Part shown: piece by piece, positions 53,534 through 64,000 of the stretch
Layout: each line of letters starts with the position of its first letter
Position numbering within the stretch: position 1 is the stretch's first letter
Position numbers and translations under genes: made by a program
From: Octopus bimaculoides
Lineage: Eukaryota
DNA: 64,000 nucleotides
Direction: 5' to 3'
NCBI RefSeq assembly: GCF_001194135.2
Contig: NC_068987.1
Span: 92,658,352-92,722,351 of the forward strand
The notes under the pieces: model-generated
What the model saw: the letters and a program-made list of their open reading frames with translations, nothing else
What the model was told of the DNA's origin: nothing
Databases searched by the model: none

Positions 53534-53591
53534 CATTTACAAATGATAACATCGCAAAGTTGATTAACAGAGGTATTCCAGTTGTACACAT
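53534..53591 (-). CDS. Signal-peptide exon (58 nt) of the same gene
   Basis: Acceptor gctgcatttttactttcAG, donor TG|gtatgt. Encodes MCTTGIPLLINFAMLSFVN(G): hydrophobic core and V-x-G cleavage motif. Ends in phase 1, matching the 51959-52111 exon. Confidence 0.65.
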
Positions 53592-55279
53592 CTGAAAGTA
53601 AAAATGCAGCACCAAATGATTTCATACATAATAAAATAACAAATTACTGAGTTGTTATATAAAGACGAAACATGTCCACGCTCAGTAAGTTACATGTCTT
53701 AACAGAAAGATATAAGTTTTATCATTTCGCTTTCAACGTCATCGAAATAGTTTCTAATCGTGTATCATGTGTGAAATGTTGCGTCCTTCAATAAAATATT
53801 ATATCGCATCTATGAAAAGAAATATTATATTTGAGTTTCTAGAGAAAGAGTAATACATTTAAAAAGTCAATGAAATGTAATTTTAGCTCATGAAATCTAA
53901 TCCCATCGTAACAGAACACATCATTGTTTGCGCTAAATTAAGCCAATTATAATTTAGAAGACCTACAATCATAAGTGCCCCAGGCACACTGCACTGTATG
54001 TTATAAAATCACACAACATCAATGCCTACATTTTGTAATTCGTTGATGTTCTAATTTATCCTCATCATAACAAAACAAATTTAAGAACAAAACTTTTACA
54101 ATTGTGATGACCATGTATTTTATTTTCACAGAACGTATCCTGAGCTACAGTAACCAATGTTACAATTCTTTATTGTCTTTTTTATTTCATAGTTAAGATT
54201 GATGAGGTCCACATACAAAACGATTTGATTCAGCCACGATCATCCAAGTTTACCTTATCTATTGTACCTTTCCCATTTCATATCGTAATGTATTGACAAA
54301 TGAGATGTTTTTTTTTCTTTCTGACAGGTAGGGTAGGATTGTAGAGATTTTGTTTTCAATTCGTCAAATTTTAAGCCTAAGAATGATCTCAATAAGAAAA
54401 GATATGTTTAAACCGATCCAACATTGACTTTACCAGTTAATTTTCAGGTGATAATTCCAGGATTGCATTATCCAATGTTTACGTTTTAATGTTCGTATAT
54501 TTTGCTTTGATTGGAATTCGATTCCTTTTGCGCTCACTTTCATCGACCATAGAGCACCACCCTTTGCAGTTTCATATTTAAAAAAATATGAAAGTGATAA
54601 AGATTGGTAAGAATGATTTTTTATTTTAATATCAGATACCCGATACATGTGTATTTAAAATATTTGTAAGCCAACCTTAAAATATATCATTTCCATCCAT
54701 CTTTTTTCCGAATGTATATCAATTTAATGTTGTCGTTCATCTTCTCTAACCCTGAATGGGTAGACAAGATTAGAGACAATCCAATATCAGGGATAATCCA
54801 AACCGGTGCATATGTTATAGAAATATAGTTTTAAAAAGATTGCTTGCACTTTCCAAGGCATCTTATTCAGATATTAAGACTGTAACGTCTGATTTTGATG
54901 GATATTTGACTGATACTTCCATTTGGACAACCAGCATTGTGATTGGTAGCTTATAACCTCTTCATATTGTTCACGTAGTAATTTATTGGCAATACTTGAC
55001 CAAACAAATTTGCTTTTAAAGTTAATTTTTCGTGGTGACAAAGCAATGCATTTTTCAAAGACACCTCTATTTACCCTGGGATCATAGAAATGTGTCTAGA
55101 GAGTTTCCATCTAGAGTGAATGATTAGGAAAACTAACTTATTGCAGAGCAGCTAAGGTTGCTCATATAGCACGTCTCCCCTGCCCACGCTGCAGATGCTG
55201 TCAGAGGGAGAAGCAACGACTGATATAACGTGGAACCATTGTATTTGCAAGTAAAGTTATAACTTAAAGAGTTCCTTAC

Positions 55280-55341
55280 CATCAGACATTATATTCAGTA
55301 CTCTGCAAATTCCATCAACATCCCTAAAATTATTTATCCAC
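55280..55341 (-). other. Probable 5' exon (62 nt), mostly UTR; its last 3 nt (ATG) are in frame with the signal peptide
   Basis: Acceptor tgctgatgtttctcAG, donor TG|gtaagg. An in-frame TAA lies just upstream of the terminal ATG in the signal-peptide frame. Confidence 0.5.
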
Positions 55342-56772
55342 CTGAGAAACATCAGCACAAAGATAAACAACGCTTTCGTATCTCTCCTAATCTTTTTTCT
55401 TTTATAATATATTACGATACATAATTTGTGGTACATTTGCTTGCTATTTGTAGTAGGTTAAGCCGACCAGCGGATGATCTATTGCATGGTGGTCATAATA
55501 TATTGAGTTGGAAACATGGAATGTCTGGCTGTTTTTGTCCAAGTCAGTCCATGATTGATCAGACTATATTCAAATGCATTCGGCCCATGATTATTCAGCT
55601 ATTTTTTTACGCAGATGAAAGACTGTGTTAATATTTATTACTTTTCTATAAGACGATACAGTGTGATGTGTACTTGATTTTGTTGCTAATTCTTGCAGTT
55701 CCAATATCTACGTATTTGTGAAAAATCAAGAATGTACGATGAACGTCGATATCCATATATCATTGATCTAAGGAAACTACATATTACATTACTAGATAAT
55801 AAGAGTTTCCATACACACATAAAGGAAAACAACTCTACACGAAACAATGATATATCTCCTACATGACCCTCTGTCTATTTGAAATAGCAGCCAATAAAAT
55901 CGTTTTACAAGAAGCATCAATTAAAAATACAATATATGATGTAGATTATATTCCGAAAATATGAGGGAAGACGACTGTCGTCATAATTTCATTCTGTTAT
56001 GAACGGGGCTAAACATTAACGATAACAACAAAAACTACCTAACGATTTCCCATGTATGTTGTCGCCATTTCGTATTTTATAAAGCTGCAATGCGTTCAGT
56101 GTAGAAAGATATAAGTGTCAGAATGAAATCAAGGATATCGAATAGAATAACACAGACGAGTTTGTAAGTGTAAATAAAAGTTATACAATACAACGAAGAA
56201 CGGAAACATTGAACAGTTAAGAACAGCTTAGAGAAGGCAGGTAAATAATAATACACAAAATTAATGTTGGAAATAACTTAATATCTAAGATTAAACTTAA
56301 CTGTCCAGACATTACGTCATACATAAGCACAATTAATTGGGTTTTGAAGAGACTTATAGGTTCTATATTTTATTTTTAATAAACCAAATAGACAAGGAAC
56401 ATTTAAAAAGGAATAGTGAATGAAAATCAATCTAATATTAAAGCAAATGTCATACCATAAATATACTTTGGGCTGGAGGGTTTCTGATGGCCGATGTGCA
56501 CAATATATCAACAGAAATAATAACACGTATTTGACAGTGACACCATCTAGTTAGGAAATCTCGGTATGGTGCCACGATCTATAGAGAATACTATACTATC
56601 CAATGTAACCAAGAGCATATATCAGAACCTTAAAATACAAGTAATCATCAAACATTTAAATCGGAAATATATAAAAGGACGGGATATATGGAGCAGGCGG
56701 TTTTTAAAGTAGTTCTCTTTTAACTTAAACAACAACAACAGCATAATAACGTTAACTCAATTATTATTGAAG

Positions 56773-56962
56773 GGGGCGGGCTGGCAGAATTACTAGAACG
56801 CTGAACGAAATGCTTAGCGGTATTTCGCCCGTCACTCCGTTCTGAGTTCAAATTCAACCGATGCTGAGTGTGCCTTTCATTCTTTCGTGGTCTATTAATT
56901 AAGTACCACTTTCGCACGGGACCGATGTAATCGACTTCTCTCCTCTTCCAAAATTGCTCCTT
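56773..56962 (+). mobile_element. SINE family A copy
   Basis: gggctggcagaattactagaacgctgaacgaaatgcttagcggtatttcg...ctgagttcaaatt. Confidence 0.75.
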
Positions 56963-57004
56963 GTGGCATTCAAACCCTTATTATAACTATTATTATTATT
57001 ATTA

Positions 57005-57142
57005 TTTTATTTTATGTTTGACTTTTGCTTTGCATTTCTACAAGTTGGATCCAAGTCTCACCCAGAGACCTCATGAGACAAAAAGTTAGAAGTTAATGTA
57101 GGTGTTATGCCTAGGGTACCATATTTCGATTTGCACATAGTG

Positions 57143-57143
<1 letters not shown>
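57005..57143 (-). mobile_element. Short 5'-truncated LINE 3'-UTR fragment within (AAT)n, Dong/R4-like
   Basis: About 140 bp of complex sequence flanked on both sides by (ATT)n. Family assignment is from memory of similar 3' ends. Confidence 0.45.
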
Positions 57144-57213
<70 letters not shown>

Positions 57214-57277
57214 GTCGTATATATAGTCTAAATCAAAAACAATTTGTGAAATATCATTCGACAGCACTTAAACTTAC

Positions 57278-57317
57278 CTTGCACGAGTTAAAGTTGGCTG
57301 TTTCATTAATGCAGAAC
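57278..57317 (-). other. Probable 5' UTR exon (40 nt)
   Basis: Acceptor gatagatttttAG and a near-consensus donor CAAG|gtaagt. Confidence 0.5.
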
Positions 57318-58492
57318 CTAAAAATCTATCAAGATTCACACATCACATGGCAAAGTAAGATATTTAGCAGCTGGTGACTATAACTACGTTATGTCATGTT
57401 TTATAGTTGTTGCCATTCCGTGTTATTAAGTTAACGTTTACAAACCAATTACCAAATGTCAAACTAATAATTTGTTACCGTATTATTATCTAACAGGAGA
57501 TATTAAATATCGCACAAAATGTACATTCACTATAATAAATAGCATCAATTAAAGCGTTCCTGAAGAAGAAGGCATTCCGTGGGGACTGGATTGGCTAGAA
57601 AATGGCATCATGTTTCGTTAAATACAAGTAAGCATCTGAAAACAAATGAACATATTGAAACATATAGTCAAGGTTCTTTCACTCAACGCTAAATAGCATC
57701 AAGATCAATATTGCGACAACCATTCATCGATTGTCACGTAATGGTGAAGAATCCTTAAAAAGAAAGAACCTCTATTTGTTGAATTATCTCCAAGATCACA
57801 TACTACTCTCTTAAAACTGGACAATTTGTGTATAGAATGGAATGAGGTTTAGTGACGTATGGATATGAGATGTGGAGAGCGTGTCTTACATAGATGATAA
57901 TGAATCAATAATAGCGCTGGTGCTGTACGTTTGAAGCTAAAATGCTTGAGTAAACTTTTACTGAGATGGTGGATCTGATTCTGGCCAAAGAATTTGCGGA
58001 CTCTAAAGACGGCTAACAGTGACCTATGGAATAATGTATTTAAAATCATTTGGACAATGATTTTGGCTGACAGGAAGAGCTGTAAAATTTGTGATGTTGA
58101 TAGAATCGTTACATATTATACCATGTACGTGTAATTTCAGTGACATTCACTGGAGTGGTTTTGAACCGGCTTTGACCAACGAGTTCACCACGTCCCTTGT
58201 GAACGGTGACCTCATCCCACGTTCACACGCAGTGTAGTAAGAGACTCATATTACAGGATAAGGATTTTTAATTAACTAAACTGCTCAGATACCTCAGTGG
58301 TTGTCTACATTTGAAGCTTCCTTGATTATACTCATGTTCTTATCTACATTAAAATCTGTAAATTGTTTATCATAGGTGACTCTACTACTATGTAAAAGAA
58401 TTCTGTGCAAGACCATATCATTATGGTTTTGAAATGTAACTCTGCAAAGATTTTAATCTTTCGTCTTTTGTTTTGTTTTAAATTTTCACTAA

Positions 58493-58525
<33 letters not shown>

Positions 58526-58946
58526 TATATGGGAGAATATACGAAAAAACAACAACAGACGAGGACAGGTGGTGTAAATAACAAAAGGATGTATTAGTAT
58601 GACACTCGGGAATATATATATATATATATATATATATANNNNNNNNNNNNNNNNNNNNNNNNNNNNNNNNNNNNNNNNNNNNNNNNNNNNNNNNNNNNNN
58701 NNNNNNNNNNNNNNNNNNNNNNNNNNNNNNNNNNNNNNNNNNNNNNNNNNNNNNNNNNNNNNNNNNNNNNNNNNNNNNNNNNNNNNNNNNNNNNNNNNNN
58801 NNNNNNNNNNNNNNNNNNNNNNNNNNNNNNNNNNNNNNNNNNNNNNNNNNNNNNNNNNNNNNNNNNNNNNNNNNNNNNNNNNNNNNNNNNNNNNNNNNNN
58901 NNNNNNNNNNNNNNNNNNNNNNNNNNNNNNNNNNCACACACATATA

Positions 58947-58984
<38 letters not shown>

Positions 58985-59588
58985 AGATAGAATGTTAACG
59001 ATATACCACAGAAAGAGGTAGCGAAAAATATGGTTGAGAATACGAAAATGCAATCTTAGATAATTCAGAAGTTCATTATCACAATGAAATCATTTGAAAA
59101 TAAAAGAATACTTAAAAGCAGAGTATCAGAGTGAAATTATTTTAAAATTCATAACGCATTCCCAAATATGATATATCATCGATATACATTGCTACTATGA
59201 TATTATTTCAATACCACATTCTCCAAAGTACATTTTCATATCGAACCATTTCAAAATGCATTATTAAACACTCCAAAGCGCCTGACATCATGAATTCATA
59301 ATTAAACACTCCAAAGTGTATAATTTTCAAACTGATTTCCCGTCTCATATTAGATATTAATCACTATACACCTTTGTAATAGCTAACCACTATTTTAAGT
59401 TTAAAACAAAGTGTGTCTACCGGAAATAGCTTCCTCATAGCGTCACGAGGTAACAATTGCTTTGATAATATTGTGTCCGGTAGTAAAAGTTGCGAGGTGG
59501 AAGCAAATTTAGGCAGTTGTGAAACATGTTCAGTGGCATTTCTTCTGCTTGTTAATCTTCTAATCATAAAATTCTCTCAAAAGCTCAC

Positions 59589-59700
59589 CTTCGCTTTTCA
59601 TCTTTTTGTTTTTGATAAAATAAGGTCCAAGTTAAGTTTGGGTTCACTGTGGTCATGTAGCGCCTCCCATGAGTTTCTGGCTTTGCGCCTATGTTAGAAA
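59589..59700 (-). other. Candidate first exon (5' boundary approximate)
   Basis: Strong donor GAAG|gtgagc at 59588 in unique, non-repetitive sequence; no acceptor found immediately upstream. Confidence 0.35.
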
Positions 59701-59958
59701 TATGCACATTAATCGACAAAAGTTAAGTAACGGTGGTAGAAATTTTCTTATTTTAACTTTTCAAAATGCTATGGATAAACATATTTTATTGATATTGACG
59801 AATAAATTATTTAGAAAAGTTGACTTATATATACTTTGTGGTTCTATCATATTTTTTGCAGGTAACTATAAATAGGAAATGTTAATCGGATGCGAAGTTC
59901 TCACACGTCGCTCCAACTGCTCGCTGTTTCGAATATATATATATATATATACAGAAAT

Positions 59959-60002
<44 letters not shown>

Positions 60003-60059
60003 GTATATATATGTACGTATAAATGTGTGTTTGTGTGTGTGTATGCATATATCCGTGTG

Positions 60060-60300
60060 TGTGTGTGTGTGTGTGCGTGTATGTCTTTGTGTCTGTGTTT
60101 CTTCCTCCATCGCCGCTCGACAACCAGTGTTGCGTTTACGTCTCCGTAATTTGGTTGTTCGGCAACATAAACCGTGAGTATAAGTACTCGGCTTTAAAGA
60201 AATAAGTCCTAGAGTCGGGGTTTTCCCACGAAAACCCTACAAGACGGTGCTCCAGCATGGCTGCTGTCAAATGACTGACACAGATAGAAGAGTAAAATAA
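60060..60300 (+). mobile_element. SINE family B tail
   Basis: cgacaaccagtgttg...gtataagtactcggc...ggtgctccagcatggctgctgtcaaatgactga. Confidence 0.6.
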
Positions 60301-62329
60301 AAATAAAAGTTACACACACACACGCGTATATTTATGATGATATTGTTTTTTATTTAAGCACGAGGCTAGCAATTTTAGGTGGAGAATATTTGACGACACC
60401 CACAAGGAAATTTGATCTCGGCAGCAGTTGAAATCAGGATATAAAAAAATAGCAGTAAATAATGTGTGATATTTTGCTCGTCTCCGTAATGATGCTGCCA
60501 ATCCATTGAAGTGAATCGTTTCTAATATCATTGAAAAAATCGCAATGTTTCAAAGATGAGATTTGATCCATCTCTATCAGAAGTAAAAAAAAATAAATGT
60601 AAACATAGTTTAATTTTTTTAAGATGTGAAAACAAAAAAGGAAACACAAATTAGATTCAAACCGCGTACAACAACGCATATCAGTCATAGTTATCATTCT
60701 GTCAAATAATAATTTAAACCTTATTATATATATGTATATATATATCCGGATAAATGTATTTCTTTTAAACTAAACTCAGATTACTCTAACTTTATTCCTA
60801 ATACTATTTCAAATATGTTCATGCACGTGTGTAGTTGTGTGTGTATTAAACCATGATTGACGAGTGTGTCAATGATCGTACGTGCATATATGCTTCTGTG
60901 CACGTATGTGTATGAGCGAGTGATCAGTATATCTGTTTTGATTTGCTAGGAGATTTCTCTCTCTCTCTCTCCCCTCTATCTCACTATATTTATATTAATA
61001 TTCTTTCAAATTTATACATCTCAAATTTATACATCTCAAACCTTTAAATCTGTTGATGTCAAACCCAGGTCATACCCTGCAAACAAATCATTGAGCTGTT
61101 TGTCAAATTTGTACTGCTTCGGGTCGAGTTCAATTGTTAAGGTTTTTATTTCTTTTGCCAAACCAAGGGAGGCTAATTTAATTAAGTTTTCATATTATTG
61201 CCTTATCCTTCGTTTTTTTATTTTGTTTGTTTTTCTTCCTCTTAGTTTTTGCTATATGTTCTTTTATGTTATTTTTCTTTTGTCTGCTTGTTTGAATGTC
61301 TGATAGGGATTTTTGGCTCGACTTCAATTGATCAAGGATTATTTTGTTGTACTTCTGCGTTTTATTTCCAGTTATAAACAAATAATAAATAATATGTCAG
61401 AATTTTGATTTTACCAACAGCATGATTTTTATTATTAGTAAAAGTAGTTTTGTTGTCATGTATTGAAAAGTAAGAATCGTTGCTCCTAGCGGGCAGCCGG
61501 TGCACAGAATTATTATTATTACTACTATTATTATTATTAATTTTATCATAGAGTATTCTTGATCATTGCGTGCTTTCACGGCACTAACAAGCAAATGTTT
61601 AAATGCCTTGTGTCCCCGCAGTAAAACTTTTGCTCTAAGTTCTAATCTATTGAAGTAAATCTGGTATCTCATACCAAGTCAATCATAGTGTAATTTACTG
61701 TTGCGTCTCCAAGTTCGTAATTCCTAGAGTTGAGTATCTGAGTTTGTCAGCAAATTTATTAATCCTTTCATTGTTTCTAAGATGCCTTTATAACTGGAAG
61801 AAACATTCATTTGTTTTACAACGAAAACAATTATGATAATGATGATGATGATGATTTTGATGATGATGATGATGATGATGATGACGATGATGATGATGAT
61901 GATAATGGTCATCATCATAATCCTTTCTACTTTAGGCACAAGGCATGAAATTGTTTAGGAGGGAGCTTGTCAATTAGATCGACGCCAGTGTTTAACTGGT
62001 ATTTTCAAATCATTCACTAAATGTCATAACATCAGAAATGCAATGTAAAAGCATTTCACAAGTATTTATTGAAACTTCGTATCTTAGAGTCAACAGGAAA
62101 TACTTACGGAAGTAAACAATGTAAATATTTCTTAAAAGTTGCAGGAAGTGCTGTGATTCATGATATCTTCTAATTTGTTGGTACTGTATAATAAATGTTA
62201 AACTTTTTTGAAGTACTTTTTTCGTTCGTGCACTTTATTAACCAAACCAAATATCTCATTTGCCTCTATTATCACCTGACCCCTCACCGCTTACCCGTGA
62301 TATATATATATATATCACAATCATCATTT

Positions 62330-62720
62330 AAATTTCGTTGTCCATGGTGGCATGGGCTGGAGGATTTGACTGGGCTAGCACACTGGAAGGCTGCACTAAA
62401 TTCCAGTCTGATTTGGCATGGTTTTCTACGGCTGGGTGCCCTTCCTAACGCCAACCACTCCGAGTGTAATGAGTGTTTTTACGAGTCACTGGCACGGGTG
62501 CTATTTGCATGACGCTGGGGGTGCGTTTACGTGTATATTTGCATGACACCTGTATCTACCGTGACTGCGATTCTGCTCGGTGTGATGGGTCTTCTTCCCT
62601 AGCACGACATAATGCCAAATATCTCAATCATTGCCTTTGTGAAACCCAACATTCCCAAAGAACTCAGCCACTTTGCCTCGTGAGGTCCAACACTCGAAAG
62701 TAACTCAGCCACTTTGACTC
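62330..62720 (+). repeat. Dispersed repeat with an RTE-associated SINE-like segment
   Basis: ttttctacggctgggtgcccttcctaacgccaacc resembles the RTE-type 3' motif; GC higher than flanks. Single copy here, so assignment is from memory. Confidence 0.4.
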
Positions 62721-63283
62721 CATGCATATACTATAAGAGAAGGCTTAAAAGCGATGAACCTGTCGAAAATGAGGGAGTATTGCTTTCTATGTGCGTGATT
62801 TATGGGAGGAAATGGGTGAGTCGTGTAGGCCTCGTCAGTCAACAGTAAACTCACAGGAATCAACCCATTGTAAATAGTGATACTGCTATTGTTCACAACA
62901 AAACATTTGCAAACTGTCTAAAGGTGAGTTGAAAGAGTTCATACTGTGGTCCTTGTTCCTTCTGCCAGTCAGCACAGCTGTGCATTACGCAATAGGATGT
63001 GCAAATCGTTGGTCGGCCTGAAGAACCTTAAAAGGGCGTCAGTGATTCTTTCTAGCAATGGCTTTGCTCNNNNNNNNNNAGTGATTCTTTCTAGCAATGG
63101 CTTTGCTCGTATACGAGAAAGCACCTAAGATATATATGTCCATGTATACATACATATATTTATATATTCATATACTATGTATATATGCATATATGGGTAT
63201 CAAAACTACTGCAAGTAATCCTAATCATATTGTAACTATTGTAGCAATAATTTTTAATCCACCAATTTTAACATCATACCAAT

Positions 63284-63342
<59 letters not shown>

Positions 63343-63440
63343 GATGATAACAGTAATGACCAATAGAAACATACTCATCATCATCACTATGAATAAGCAT
63401 TCTTGTTATGGTGTTATAATTAATGGATATATATATATGT

Positions 63441-63816
63441 GGAGGCGCAATGGCCCAGTGGTTAGGGCAGCGGACACGCGGTCATACGATCGAGGCTTCG
63501 ATTCCCAGACCGGGTATTGTGAGTGTTTATTGAGCGAAAACACCTAAAGCTCCACGAGGCTCCGGCAGGGGATGGTGGCGAACCCTGCTGTACTCTTCCA
63601 CCACAACTCTCTCTCACTCTTACTTCCTGTTGTACCTCTAATTCAAAGGATCAGCCTTGTCGCACTTTGTCACGCTGAATATCCCCGAGAACTACGTTAA
63701 GGGTACACGTATCTGTGGAGTGCTCAGCCACTTGCACGTTAATTTTACGAGCAGGCTGTTCCATTGATCGGATCAACTGGAACCCTCGACGTCGTAAGCG
63801 ACGGAGTGCTAACAAA
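63441..63816 (+). mobile_element. tRNA-derived SINE family C, well-preserved full copy
   Basis: ggaggcgcaatggcccagtggttagggcagcgg (A-box) and ggcttcgattccc (B-box), then a body ending ggaaccctcgacgtcgtaagcgacggagtgctaacaa. Confidence 0.8.
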
Positions 63817-64000
63817 CAATATATATATATATCTATCTTGGTCGGTCATACGTATGGTAGTGTCCCTAGAGATATCACCTGCCGCCAAGCGGCTGCATTT
63901 ATTGTTTGGTGAAGGTCTCAATTTTGCAACAGATTCAAAATAAATCTGCTGAATAAGTATCTGTAAAGTCTGATTTGATAAACACTATTAACCAGCATGG

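Noticed and set aside
53534-59601. Resemblance of the upstream-ORF peptide (SDDVYNWNTSV) to E2 ubiquitin-conjugating enzymes
   Set aside because: Only a short motif matches, with no downstream catalytic HPN/Cys region found; not supportable without a profile search.
63041-63108. 29-bp direct repeat that looks like a TSD
   Set aside because: It brackets a 10-N scaffold gap; assembly artefact.

Overview
AT-rich eukaryotic draft-genome window with about 21 N-gaps, most flanked by microsatellites. The SINE, LINE and microsatellite content looks like a coleoid cephalopod (Octopus-type) genome; this is inferred from remembered repeat families, not verified. There is no prokaryotic content, CRISPR array, rRNA or true tRNA, and nearly all supplied ORFs are artefacts of N-runs or microsatellites. 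Most of the window is intronic or intergenic DNA filled with tRNA-derived SINEs (at least 3-4 families), R4/Dong, RTE and CR1/L2 LINE remnants, two decayed mariners, a DD41D remnant, a complete non-autonomous Helitron, a Merlin-like element with an 8-bp TSD, and MITEs. Reading splice signals by hand gives a probable minus-strand host gene (exons ending at 59589, plus 57278-57317, 55280-55341, 53534-53591, 51959-52111). It encodes a signal peptide and a six-cysteine module, and its 3' end is not resolved. A second minus-strand transcription unit may start near 43.36 kb. The most unusual signals are three degenerate minimal hammerhead-ribozyme motifs in three different repeats (one fused to a tRNA head), a nest of (AAT)n-targeted elements, and a 63-codon upstream ORF overlapping the secreted-protein start.
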